DNA of 64,000 nt from an uncultured Gammaproteobacteria bacterium (GTDB lineage Bacteria; Patescibacteriota; Microgenomatia; UBA8517): assembly GCA_964583105.1 (NCBI GenBank), contig CAZOUV010000003.1:14946-78945 (forward strand), given 5' to 3'. Each line of letters begins with the position of its first letter. The first letter of the stretch is position 1. The notes beneath the pieces are model-generated. The model was not told the DNA's origin and did not search any database. It saw nothing but the letters and a program-made list of their open reading frames with translations. Shown here in pieces: positions 1 to 9,620 of this stretch. The position numbers and the translations under genes were made by a program.

Positions 1-89
1 CAAAATGTCACCTTTCGTAACATCAAAGATTCTTGTAAGCATGGGGATATGGGTTCCCGGCCTTACTTTTTTATTAACCTTATCAATAT

Positions 90-641
90 TCATTGTTTTA
101 CCCACCAATATGTTGGCGGCTCAAACATACCCCGGTCCCTAATGCCGTATGGTCTTGGATCAATAATATTGGGAGTAATTTTATGGGCTTTGGTATAAGC
201 ATCCACCGCATCGGGGACTTGAACTCTGAAAGTTGAATAGTAATCATCTCCGGAGACAATTCCCCCAGTTTTTACTTTTTTGCTCCAGATAATGAGGTCC
301 TGGATAACATAATCAAACGAATGGTTCGCGTCGATGAATACAAAATCCAGGCTGTTATCGGGAATATCGTTGGCCGCATCCAAACTCATTTTATTTATAA
401 TAACAGCGTTATATTTGGAGAGTTTCTGAGAGGCAATAGCTTTAAAATTTTTATTCCTTTCCCAACTCCCCGAAAGACGGTTCCCGTGGTAGGGTCTCCA
501 GATGTCAATGCAGTAAAGTTTAAGGTTAGGAATTGCCTTAAACATACTTTCGGAAAACTCTCCCTGGGCAACGCCGATTTCTGCCCCAATGGTAAATTTA
601 AGTTCGGCAAAATATTCTAAAAGTTCATATTTAGATTTCAT
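90..641 (-). CDS. class I SAM-dependent methyltransferase
   Basis: 183 aa with a Gly-rich SAM-binding region (IGAEIGVAQGEFS) and the acidic motif DFVFIDANH, typical of Methyltransf_24-type O-methyltransferases in glycan clusters. Confidence 0.55.
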   Translation of the reverse strand: MKSKYELLEYFAELKFTIGAEIGVAQGEFSESMFKAIPNLKLYCIDIWRPYHGNRLSGSWERNKNFKAIASQKLSKYNAVIINKMSLDAANDIPDNSLDFVFIDANHSFDYVIQDLIIWSKKVKTGGIVSGDDYYSTFRVQVPDAVDAYTKAHKITPNIIDPRPYGIRDRGMFEPPTYWWVKQ

Positions 642-1366
642 TTTGGTTTAAAGTATAATTTTAAAATATCTTCGGCACGGCCCCAATATGGAATCTCATA
701 GGCGCGGATGTCGCCAAGCCTTTTTCTTTCTCCCCGGCTTAAATAGCCAAACGCTTCCGGATGACTAAAAACAATATTTGTTCCGACGGTATAAAATTCT
801 TCCGACGGCCGAACTGTTACCCCCAATTTTTCTTCATAGCGGCCGGGGTCTCCCCAATAATGAAGCGGAACTTTTTCATCGGGAACCCCCTTAAATTTAT
901 TAAAACGTTCTTCAAGGGCTTCCACGAGCATATTGCGCGGCGCAATCAAACTATTTACGACTTTTCTTTTATTTCTGAATGAAAAAATAGGAGGATCGCT
1001 CCAGGTAAAAAGTGACCACTTGGCCATGTTAAACGAAAAAATATCGGATTGGGGGAGGTGATAATGAAAATGCTCATACGAATATAGAATGTCATCTTCA
1101 GCCATAGCTACATATTTTGTTTTGGCTTCTTTGCATCCAATTAAAATTTGCCGATAAAGATTTAAATGAGATCGGCCGATTTCGCCTACGCAAATATTTT
1201 TACCAAAAACAATCGGTTTTTGGGAAACCGAAATTAAGGGAAGATCTCCAATCGCCTTAAGAAGTTGTTTTTTGGTATTTTCCAAGAAGTAAGGATTATG
1301 AGCATCAAGCCAATTACTAGTATAATAAACAACTGTCAAGTCGTCTTTTGTTACTTTCACTCCCAT
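638..1366 (-). CDS. hypothetical protein, possible nucleotide-sugar transferase-like
   Basis: 242 aa ORF; its stop overlaps the upstream methyltransferase start. It has an acidic EDD motif and sits in a GT cluster. No confident family assignment. Confidence 0.3.
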   Translation of the reverse strand: MGVKVTKDDLTVVYYTSNWLDAHNPYFLENTKKQLLKAIGDLPLISVSQKPIVFGKNICVGEIGRSHLNLYRQILIGCKEAKTKYVAMAEDDILYSYEHFHYHLPQSDIFSFNMAKWSLFTWSDPPIFSFRNKRKVVNSLIAPRNMLVEALEERFNKFKGVPDEKVPLHYWGDPGRYEEKLGVTVRPSEEFYTVGTNIVFSHPEAFGYLSRGERKRLGDIRAYEIPYWGRAEDILKLYFKPK

Positions 1367-1435
1367 ATTACGCCGCCCTTTTTTTAATTCGAATATACAT
1401 CACACTGTGCCAGTAGTCTTGTTGAGCGAAGTTGT

Positions 1436-2152
1436 TCACAACAGTTTAATAAAACCGCCCTTTTTGATCGTTAAGACCCCGTATTCGTAACGGTCCAAGG
1501 CAATCCTTAAGTTTTTGATTAACATGGGATCATGGCCCTGGGGCGGATGATAAAGCAGTCGTTTTAGGTTTGATTCGAGGGAAAGATAGCGATAATTAAG
1601 AAGAAGTATTTTAGCCCTGACCCACCCTACGCCTTTAGGTAAGAAGGTTTCGTAGCGGCCGCGTCCAAATTTGATGTTGATGGTCGGATTAAAAACAATG
1701 GTTTTGTCAAAAAGACGGGTTCTGGCTCCAAATTTACATTCATCATAAATTTGACCTTTAGTGGTCGGAAATTTTTCCGAGTACATGGTGTAGCCGCAGG
1801 TTTTAATTGCTTTCGTACCACGTTTTTTTTGTTCATGTAAAACTTTTATGAGATACCGATTATAAATAAATTCGTCTGCATCGACGCACATCACCCAGTC
1901 AGCTTCCCTGCGGCTGTATTTTTTATAGAGTTTTTCGAAACAGGCATTGTATTCCGCTTCAACCGGCCAACCGGGGGAAAATTTGTAATTTAATAATCGG
2001 ACTTTTCTATTAGCTTTGGCAATTTTGACGGTGTTGTCGGTGCTTCCGTTATCAATGATGAAGATTTTATCGGCGAAAGTGGAATAGTGTTTTAAAAAAT
2101 AAGGCAGTAGATCTTCTTCGTTCCTCATGATGCTGTAAATATGAGTTTTCAT
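1436..2152 (-). CDS. family 2 glycosyltransferase
   Basis: The N-terminus (IYSIMRNEEDLLPYFLKHY ... IFIIDNGSTDNT) matches the GT2 (GT-A fold) signature, and a DAD acidic motif is present. Confidence 0.6.
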   Translation of the reverse strand: MKTHIYSIMRNEEDLLPYFLKHYSTFADKIFIIDNGSTDNTVKIAKANRKVRLLNYKFSPGWPVEAEYNACFEKLYKKYSRREADWVMCVDADEFIYNRYLIKVLHEQKKRGTKAIKTCGYTMYSEKFPTTKGQIYDECKFGARTRLFDKTIVFNPTINIKFGRGRYETFLPKGVGWVRAKILLLNYRYLSLESNLKRLLYHPPQGHDPMLIKNLRIALDRYEYGVLTIKKGGFIKLL

Positions 2153-2389
2153 TTCGTCTAAATATTATCACATTTTTTCCAAAGTAGAATCTTCTTTATG
2201 GCTGACATACTACCACAACCAGGCCTTTTCTGCCAGTTGAAGGGGAATGTTCGATGGTTTCGAAAGAAACAATAATGTCTATCGGTTCTAGGGTGGGGGG
2301 GGAGATTGCCGGCATCGGAAAAAGTCACTGTTTGACCGTTACCATGGACTTTGCACAGGGGTCAAGACGATATCTGTTGAGAATAAAAT

Positions 2390-3244
2390 TTAGGGTGTCC
2401 ATTTGTTTCTGTCCTCCGGCCAGCCCGGAACCGGCCAAAATCTTTCTATGAGCCAAGTAAAAGGAAGAGTTTGTTTATGCCAGGCGGTATTTGTCAGCCA
2501 CCTATTGGTATAATTTGCTCCTTTTTCAGATTCTCCTTTCTCCAAGGAATAGCCTCTTCCTTGGGTCTTGTGAAGATGGGCGTACCAGGTCTTTTTGTTG
2601 GTGACCACTCTTCCTCCCGATAGCCAGCATTTTAAACCAATTTCCTGAAATTCATTACTGAATGTCCCGTAATTTTCTTCGTCTTCAAGTTCAAGTTCGT
2701 AAAAATAATCTTTATTCATAAACCAACAAGATCCTTGAGCAGACATATTGTCATCAATCATTATTTTAGCTCTTTTTTTAGCTCTTTCCTCCCATATTCT
2801 TCCGTGCAGGCCATCTTGCCAATTACCACTTGCATTTGGATATGTTAGATATTCGTAATCAACATCCGGCTTTCCTACGTCCAGAATTTTCCATTTTTCC
2901 GCATCAAGTCTTTTTCTGCGGGGAATAACAACCCAATTGTCATTACAGTAGGACATGAGTTCTTTATCAAATCCCTCGGCAAACATGCAGTGGGCATCAC
3001 ATTTTAAGATATATTTACCCTTTGCTATGGCAACTGCGGAATTAATTGCTGCTCTCATTCCCTGAGGCTTTCCTCTATGAATAGTTACAATTCTATCATT
3101 CTTATCAAGTGGGGGATTGGGCCAGTATCCGTCAAGAACTACAACCACCTCTATTTCATCTTTCGCTTTTGACAAAATATCATTAACGGTTTTTCCTAAA
3201 TACTGCTCGTTTCTTGAAGGAATGATTATTGATAATTTCGGCAT
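2390..3244 (-). CDS. family 2 glycosyltransferase
   Basis: LSIIIPSRNE ... VVVVLDG ... CDAHC is a classic GT2 N-terminal pattern; 284 aa. Confidence 0.65.
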   Translation of the reverse strand: MPKLSIIIPSRNEQYLGKTVNDILSKAKDEIEVVVVLDGYWPNPPLDKNDRIVTIHRGKPQGMRAAINSAVAIAKGKYILKCDAHCMFAEGFDKELMSYCNDNWVVIPRRKRLDAEKWKILDVGKPDVDYEYLTYPNASGNWQDGLHGRIWEERAKKRAKIMIDDNMSAQGSCWFMNKDYFYELELEDEENYGTFSNEFQEIGLKCWLSGGRVVTNKKTWYAHLHKTQGRGYSLEKGESEKGANYTNRWLTNTAWHKQTLPFTWLIERFWPVPGWPEDRNKWTP

Positions 3245-3322
3245 ATAAATTTGAAAAACAATTACAACTTTCTCTTAGCGGTATTAAACCAGAAATTAAT
3301 GCGGTAATCAATCAACTCTTTA

Positions 3323-3943
3323 TTAATGGAATATGTTATGGAAGTAGTCGTAGGAAAGAGTTTGGCGATTTTTCCAACTAATAGGAAAGTTTGAATCCCC
3401 TTTGGTGTAACGGAAAGAACCCGACATAGTATCTTCTTTCATTATGTACCAACCCCCGTATTTATCTACAAATCCGTAAAAAGAAACCTCTCCATAATTA
3501 TCAATTTCGCTTATTTTATAACTGTCAGTTGGTTTTAGCGATGAATTTTGGTTTGATGGTCCACTATCAAGTAGCGTTGCACCTTGATTAACAGATCTTC
3601 CTAGGAGCAAACTTTCAACCTTTTTGGTAAACAAGGAAAAAAGGAAAAAAGAAAATCCGGCCGCTCCGACAAGTTTCAGAAATGCTCTTTTGTCTATATC
3701 CACAATATCAACAGCTTTTCTCTCTGCACCATTATCCTGTTCAACGGCAACGACAAATTTCTCGGGGTTTGGGTTTTCACTTTTACGCCCGATGAATTTA
3801 AAAGCAAAATAAATAAGTGGGGGATAAAGCAAACTTGCAATTGCAAGTTGTGTGTAGTTTGATGCTGTTATAAAGGATATAACAATCATGGTTGCAACTA
3901 AAGCTACACAGATATAGGAGATAATTTTATTTGTTATTGTCAT
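3323..3943 (-). CDS. hypothetical membrane protein
   Basis: 206 aa with two or three hydrophobic helices near the N-terminus; its stop overlaps the downstream gene start (ATGA-type coupling). Confidence 0.35.
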   Translation of the reverse strand: MTITNKIISYICVALVATMIVISFITASNYTQLAIASLLYPPLIYFAFKFIGRKSENPNPEKFVVAVEQDNGAERKAVDIVDIDKRAFLKLVGAAGFSFFLFSLFTKKVESLLLGRSVNQGATLLDSGPSNQNSSLKPTDSYKISEIDNYGEVSFYGFVDKYGGWYIMKEDTMSGSFRYTKGDSNFPISWKNRQTLSYDYFHNIFH

Positions 3944-5172
3944 ATGTTTTCGTTTTCTACAACTTCCACCAGATCTGAAAAAATATACCCTAGACCATCC
4001 TCAAGTTTTATTTGATACCAGCTGTTGGTAAGAGAAACATATTCAAATATCTCTCCGTCTTTGGCACTAGCAACTATTTTGGAGTCGAAAGAGGGGTTCT
4101 CACGAACATTAACGGATGAAAGCTCTTTATCATTAATTTTGACCGTTACTAATTTTGTATCTTTTTCTGTTTCAGTTCTTATCCCCGCAACAGATTCTTT
4201 AGGTATTGCTAGAGAAGTGTCTATATTTTGAGTTTCGATTTCGGGTGTTACCGGGGTTTGTCTATTTTTAAATGCAGTTTGAGCTATTCTTAGATACTTT
4301 GATACTATATCTGTATTGTTTGATCCTACAGTACTGCGTACATTGTTAAAACCGAACGAAAAAAGCAAAATATAGATAGATGTAGCCAGAGAAAACTTAA
4401 AAAAAGAATATCCAAACGACCCGTTTGACTTATTTTTTCTGTTTGAATAAGGATTATCCTTTTTATTTGGAGGCTGTCTCCTCACAAGATGAGCGTATTC
4501 TTTATCTAAAAATATACACTCGCAGAGTTTGAGATCTTTTTCATCCAAATCGTAATTTTCAACAAATTTTTGATAATTTTCGATACTTTTTATTTTGGAG
4601 TGTTGACTGTTGTTAAAAATTGTCAAAACCAAATTGCTATTTAGCCACGGAAGCTTGTTTTTTCCTGTATATACATCATAAGAAGAATATTTACTACTTT
4701 CTAAAGCCTCACGGTGTAAATAGTTGCTTAAATAAAGAAGAGAAGATTCATTTTCGATAAGGGCGGACTTATAGGGCCCCGCAAATAGGGGGCCTTGATG
4801 GTTGTATTTTTTATTGTAATACATAGAGTATCTTGTAGAAAGAGATCTCATAAATTTTTCCAAAAAACCACCAGCCAATTGACACAAAACAAGATGAAAA
4901 TGATTGGGGAAAAGTGTATATACTATAAGATCAATTTTATTATGGTAATTCTGGGGTTGATATGATATACCCCGGTATTTTTTACCACGGATCTCAAACT
5001 CTTTTTGAAAGAAATTCGGATCAGTAATGGGACTAAGATATTCCTTTAAAAAACCCAGGAAAATTTCGTAGTCTTGCTTGTCGTTAAAGATATTATTTCC
5101 GGAAATACTCTTGTTTGATATATGAAAGAATCCATTTTCTTTATCAATACGTTTGATATACTTGGCAGGCAT
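3940..5172 (-). CDS. HUH (IS200/Y1-transposase-like) domain protein with TM segment and C-terminal SH3b domain
   Basis: The N-terminal approximately 160 aa has an HUH-like motif (NHFHLVL) and a downstream Tyr-containing helix (GPYKSALIENESSLLYLSNYLH) reminiscent of IS200/RAYT transposases. A central hydrophobic helix (FSLATSIYILLFSFGF) follows. The C-terminus (SVNVRENPSFDSKIVASAKDGEIFEYVSLTNSWYQIKLEDGLGYIFSDLVEVV) is SH3b-like. Confidence 0.4.
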   Translation of the reverse strand: MPAKYIKRIDKENGFFHISNKSISGNNIFNDKQDYEIFLGFLKEYLSPITDPNFFQKEFEIRGKKYRGISYQPQNYHNKIDLIVYTLFPNHFHLVLCQLAGGFLEKFMRSLSTRYSMYYNKKYNHQGPLFAGPYKSALIENESSLLYLSNYLHREALESSKYSSYDVYTGKNKLPWLNSNLVLTIFNNSQHSKIKSIENYQKFVENYDLDEKDLKLCECIFLDKEYAHLVRRQPPNKKDNPYSNRKNKSNGSFGYSFFKFSLATSIYILLFSFGFNNVRSTVGSNNTDIVSKYLRIAQTAFKNRQTPVTPEIETQNIDTSLAIPKESVAGIRTETEKDTKLVTVKINDKELSSVNVRENPSFDSKIVASAKDGEIFEYVSLTNSWYQIKLEDGLGYIFSDLVEVVENENI

Positions 5173-5628
5173 ATTTTCACAATACCTTTAAAGGATATAG
5201 ATTTCAAGTACCTTTTTGTGCCTAAAAAATGTACTTTAAAGCAGATAGCCTGTGTAAAAATTATTATAAGGTGTCTAAATAATAAGTTACCTAAGCGTTT
5301 TCTTGATATTCGATACAGAATTGTGTTCGGTTTCAAATTATTTAAAATTTAGCCTTGAAGTATAAGCTCCTTGGTGTATAAAATATGCAACATCAAAAGT
5401 GTTAAAAGAGTTTTTAATTACATTTGAATTATCTACATTTTTCTTTTAAAAACGGACACTTCCTTACTTATAAAAAATATAAATATACAAAATTTTTGTT
5501 AACCGTTTTTAAATAAACGTAGCGTTTAAATATTAATTTATATATTAAATCTATAGGTCTTTAAACAACCACCTTATGGTGTATTTTCTTAAAAACATGT
5601 TATATTTGTTGTAAGAGTATTTAAGGAG

Positions 5629-6147
5629 GTGAGTATATTGATAAAAAAGAATTCAAAAATAATACTGATAATCATAGGTGTTATAGTTCTTTCATTGATT
5701 GCGTTTTTCCTACTTAAATCAAAAAACTCGGGCTCAGATAATACATCTCAAGGGACTGTTTTTGGTTCGATCAAGGATGCAATTTCCAAATCATTAAGTA
5801 TTAAATGCGAATATAAAGTAGGGGAGAGCACAACCATTGCCTATGTTAGGGGCAAGGAAATGAGAATTGATGGAAATTGGCAGGGACAAAGTAACTCCTC
5901 CGTAATTATCAAGGAAGACAAAATCTGGTCTTGGGATAATCTAAAGAAAGAGGGGGCCATTATTCCTATTAACAAAGACGAACAGGATCAAACCATATCG
6001 GAAGATTTCATAGATAGTCTTGAAGAACAGAGAGATTTCTGTAAAGTTTCCGTTTATTCCGATTCCGTATTCACACCCCCGGAAGACGTTAGCTTTCAGG
6101 ATTTGGGAGACTTAAATAATCTCATGGTTCCAGGGATTTCCGAATAA
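5629..6147 (+). CDS. hypothetical membrane-anchored protein
   Basis: N-terminal signal-anchor (ILIIIGVIVLSLIAFFLL). AAGGAGG RBS at 5623-5629; the likelier start is TTG at 5638. It follows a roughly 290 bp AT-rich promoter region. Confidence 0.35.
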   Translation: MSILIKKNSKIILIIIGVIVLSLIAFFLLKSKNSGSDNTSQGTVFGSIKDAISKSLSIKCEYKVGESTTIAYVRGKEMRIDGNWQGQSNSSVIIKEDKIWSWDNLKKEGAIIPINKDEQDQTISEDFIDSLEEQRDFCKVSVYSDSVFTPPEDVSFQDLGDLNNLMVPGISE

Positions 6148-6169
6148 TTGGTTGTGATACTATAAAATA

Positions 6170-7630
6170 ATGTTGGTTTTAGTAGCGGTTTTTCCGCTTT
6201 TGCTGTTTGTAGTTCTTCTTTTGCTGGGGAAGCTTAAGGTTCTTTGGGCTTCAGTAATTTCTTTATTGGCCACGTCTGTCCTTACGTTTTATGTCTGGAA
6301 AATAGATTTAAAACTGTTTTTATCCAGTATATTAAAAGGTGGTTTTATATCTTTTGATATACTTTTAATCGTTTTCGGAGCGATCCTTTTTATAGGACTT
6401 CTAAAAAAGATAAATATTATAGAAAATCTTTGCTACTATCTCGGTACTTTTTCCCAGGATTTAAGAATTCAGGTAATACTTCTTGCATGGTTTTTGGAAA
6501 ATTTTCTGGAAGGAACGGCAGGGTTTGGAACTCCTTCTGCGGTTGTTGCCCCTATCCTTATAGGACTTGGAATAACTCCGATTTGGGCAGTTGCCATAGC
6601 GATGTTGGGGAACAGTGCAAGTGTTGTCTTTGGCGCGGCAGGAACTCCCATAAGGGTGGGATTTTCAGGACTTGATATTTCCCGGGTTCCATATTATTCG
6701 GGACTTTTTAATTTAGTCGGAATTTTAGTTCCCGTCTTTATGCTTTTTGCGGTGACTTATAAAAAGGAAAACTGGAAAAAGTATTTTTGGGAAGGACTTC
6801 CTTTTTCTGTTTTTTCGGGAGTTGCCTACAGTATTCCCGCTTTTTTGATAACTTATTTGGGACAGGAATTTCCCGCTATTTTAGGGTCTATAGTAGGAAT
6901 ATTATTTGTCATTCTTGCCATTAAATTTAAGTTTCTTCTTCCAAAAAATATAATGAAATCTAATAAACAAGAATTTACGGGTGAAAAAATTCCCTTGAAA
7001 AAAGTTATCTTTCCATATCTTCTTCTGGTTTCACTTTTGATTTTAGGAAAATTCCTTTTGGAAAAAGTAGGCTACAGTTTCTATTTCGGCCTTAACCATA
7101 GATTTAGTCTTTTTAATCCGGGAATTATATTTTTACTTACTTCTTTTATAGTTTTTCTTATTTGGAGGAAACACCTAAATGCCACAAAAATATTGATAAC
7201 AAATTCCATCAAAAAATCCATAGAACCCTTTTTGGTTGTTTTTTCCATGTCTGCCCTTGCCCAAATAATGATTAACTCTGGACAAACCGAGGTCATTGCT
7301 CAAAACCTGAAGACAAACCTGCTTCCTGTTATCTCTCCCTTTCTTGGAGCATTTGGTAGCTTCATGACAGGTTCCGCAACGGTATCTAACATAATGTTTG
7401 GTGGACTTCTTGCTAAAGCAGCAGTTGATCTGGGAATGATTCCTTCAATTATTCTTTCTTTGGGGGTTGTGGGTGCCGCCGCGGGAAATATGATTGCCCT
7501 AGCCGATATAATGCCGGCTCTGGCAGTTGTAAACTTAAAAGGCAAGGAAAGGAGTATTTTAAAAAGGGTGTTCGTTCCCTGTCTTATATATATTGCCTTG
7601 GTAGGTATTATTGGCCTTGCAGTAGTATAA
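6170..7630 (+). CDS. L-lactate permease (LctP) family transporter
   Basis: 486 aa polytopic membrane protein carrying EGTAGFGTPSAVVAPILIGLG, which resembles the LctP family signature. Confidence 0.55.
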   Translation: MLVLVAVFPLLLFVVLLLLGKLKVLWASVISLLATSVLTFYVWKIDLKLFLSSILKGGFISFDILLIVFGAILFIGLLKKINIIENLCYYLGTFSQDLRIQVILLAWFLENFLEGTAGFGTPSAVVAPILIGLGITPIWAVAIAMLGNSASVVFGAAGTPIRVGFSGLDISRVPYYSGLFNLVGILVPVFMLFAVTYKKENWKKYFWEGLPFSVFSGVAYSIPAFLITYLGQEFPAILGSIVGILFVILAIKFKFLLPKNIMKSNKQEFTGEKIPLKKVIFPYLLLVSLLILGKFLLEKVGYSFYFGLNHRFSLFNPGIIFLLTSFIVFLIWRKHLNATKILITNSIKKSIEPFLVVFSMSALAQIMINSGQTEVIAQNLKTNLLPVISPFLGAFGSFMTGSATVSNIMFGGLLAKAAVDLGMIPSIILSLGVVGAAAGNMIALADIMPALAVVNLKGKERSILKRVFVPCLIYIALVGIIGLAVV

Positions 7631-7641
7631 TTCCCCAAAGA

Positions 7642-8604
7642 ATGAAAACCTGGCAAAAGATAAAAAGAAATCCTGAATTAATATCCAAATATTTAATCAG
7701 GGAAGAAGTAATTGATAAAATTCGAAGTTTTTTTAAAGCCCACGGTTTTCGTGAGGTTTTTACTCCGATTTTAGTACCAGTTCCCTCAATAGAGCCAAAT
7801 TTGGAAGTTTTTGAAACGCAGTTAAAAACTTTAAGAGGATTAAAAAGAAAAGGATTTTTAATTATGAGTCCTGAGTATTCTATAAAGAAACTTTTAGCTG
7901 CAGGGATAGGGAACTGTTTTGAAATAACCAAATGTTTCAGAAATGAAGAAGAAATTTCCCCACTTCATAATCCGGAATTTACAATGCTTGAGTGGTACAG
8001 AGTAGGGGTGGACTACAAAAAAATAATGCAGGATTTTGAAAATTTGTTTTTACAAATAATCGGCAAAGACAAACTTACATATCAGGATGTAACTTATGAC
8101 TTGAGTTTGCCTTGGCCAAGAATAAGTTTTAAGGAAGCTTTCAAAAAATATGCAAATAAAGATATTGAAAAGATAAAAGACGAGGATTTCTATAAAATAT
8201 TTTTTAATGAGGTGGAACCGAATATTAAAAAACTTAAAAAACCTGTAATTTTATACGATTATCCGGTTTCTCAGGCATCTCTTGCAAGAAAATGTAAAGA
8301 GAATCCTAAATTTGCCGAAAGGTTTGAAATATTTTTGGCCGGTATTGAACTCGGAAACTGTTTTTCGGAACTAACGGATTACAAAGAACAAAGAAAAAGG
8401 TTCGAAAAAGATCTTCTGAAAAGAAGAAAAAAGGGAAAAACTAATTACCCAATTGATAATGATTTGATCGAAGCGTTGAGAGAGGGCATACCTGAAGTTT
8501 CCGGTATTGCAGTAGGAGTTGACAGGCTTATCATGCTTGCAACAGATGTACCTAGTATTTCCGAGACATTATTTTTCTCCGACAAGGAGTTGTTTGATTT
8601 GTAG
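7642..8604 (+). CDS. epmA: EF-P lysine aminoacylase EpmA (GenX/PoxA; truncated class II LysRS paralog)
   Basis: 320 aa with class II aaRS core motifs (FREVFTPIL, FEITKCFRNEE, final GIAVGVDRL) and the size of EpmA. It lies immediately upstream of efp. Confidence 0.7.
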   Translation: MKTWQKIKRNPELISKYLIREEVIDKIRSFFKAHGFREVFTPILVPVPSIEPNLEVFETQLKTLRGLKRKGFLIMSPEYSIKKLLAAGIGNCFEITKCFRNEEEISPLHNPEFTMLEWYRVGVDYKKIMQDFENLFLQIIGKDKLTYQDVTYDLSLPWPRISFKEAFKKYANKDIEKIKDEDFYKIFFNEVEPNIKKLKKPVILYDYPVSQASLARKCKENPKFAERFEIFLAGIELGNCFSELTDYKEQRKRFEKDLLKRRKKGKTNYPIDNDLIEALREGIPEVSGIAVGVDRLIMLATDVPSISETLFFSDKELFDL

Positions 8605-8664
8605 GTCAAAATTAGGGTAAAATACACTAATCGACCTTTTTGCGGGTCGATATATTTTTTAAAT

Positions 8665-9228
8665 ATGGAAACGGTTAATGCGGGCAATATCACCAAAGGA
8701 AGCTATATTATTTTTAAGAGTGCTCCCGTAATGGTTACTAAAGCAGAGTTTATGTCTCCGGGAAAAGGCTCTCCCGTAATGAGAGTTAAATTTAAAAATG
8801 TACAAACAGGTTCTGCGGGGGAATATACCTATAAAACCAGCGAACAGGTTGAAGTTGCTGATATCTCCAAAAAAGAGATGCAGTTTCTTTACAGGGACGG
8901 AGGCGAACTTGTTTTTATGGATCCAAAATCTTACGACCAAGTATCAATCCCGGTTGGGCTTGTTGAAAAAGTCGGATATCTAATACCCAACCTTAAATGC
9001 TGGATTGTTTGGTACAAGGAAAAAGCAATAGGGGTAAATCTTCCTTCCCACGTAACCTTAAAAGTAGTCGAAAGTCCAAATGATGTTGCGGGAAACCGAG
9101 TAAATGCCCCCAAAAAGACGGTAAAATTAGAAACTGGAGTCGAAGCCCAAGTTCCACTTTTTATCAAAGTAGGAGAAAGTATTACACTAGACACTGAGAC
9201 AGATTCCTATCTTTCAAGAATACAGTGA
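8665..9228 (+). CDS. efp: translation elongation factor P
   Basis: 187 aa three-domain EF-P with the conserved loop SPGKGS carrying the modifiable Lys. Confidence 0.9.
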   Translation: METVNAGNITKGSYIIFKSAPVMVTKAEFMSPGKGSPVMRVKFKNVQTGSAGEYTYKTSEQVEVADISKKEMQFLYRDGGELVFMDPKSYDQVSIPVGLVEKVGYLIPNLKCWIVWYKEKAIGVNLPSHVTLKVVESPNDVAGNRVNAPKKTVKLETGVEAQVPLFIKVGESITLDTETDSYLSRIQ

Positions 9229-9232
9229 TTCC

Positions 9233-9616
9233 TTATACGTGATCTTCTTCGTCAGCCATTGCTTCAGCCTTTGTTGCATGAATTTTCCCGTCCGGATGAT
9301 TTGGAGGGGAGTAGATCGTGTAAAGTTTTAACTCCTCGGTTTCGGATGTATTAATCAAATTATGTTCTGTTCCTGCTGGAACAACAATTGAAATCCCATC
9401 TGAAAGAGCATTTTCTTCACCGTTCATAATAATTTTTCCCTGACCTTTCTCAACTCTAAAAAATTGATCGACTGTGTTATGTACTTCAACTCCGATATCT
9501 TCCTTCGGAAGAAGATTCATTACAACCAGCTGACAATATTTTCCTGTAAAAATAACCTGTCTGAAATTTTTGTTAGCTAAAGTAAGTTCTTCGATATTTC
9601 CTACGTATCCCGTCAT
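9233..9616 (-). CDS. cupin domain protein
   Basis: 127 aa with two cupin motifs (G..E.H..D..E...I..G ; VPAGTEHNLIN). Confidence 0.5.
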   Translation of the reverse strand: MTGYVGNIEELTLANKNFRQVIFTGKYCQLVVMNLLPKEDIGVEVHNTVDQFFRVEKGQGKIIMNGEENALSDGISIVVPAGTEHNLINTSETEELKLYTIYSPPNHPDGKIHATKAEAMADEEDHV

Positions 9617-9620
9617 ATAA

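Noticed and set aside
321-620. Antisense or embedded ORFs inside longer genes (for example 321-620, 6430-6675, 7300-7931, 8445-8940, 17010-17643, 22280-22660, 29311-29767, 31586-31933, 36519-37074, 46026-46397)
   Set aside because: They are fully contained in or antisense to genes with strong family signatures, and have low-complexity or odd composition. They were treated as non-coding shadows.
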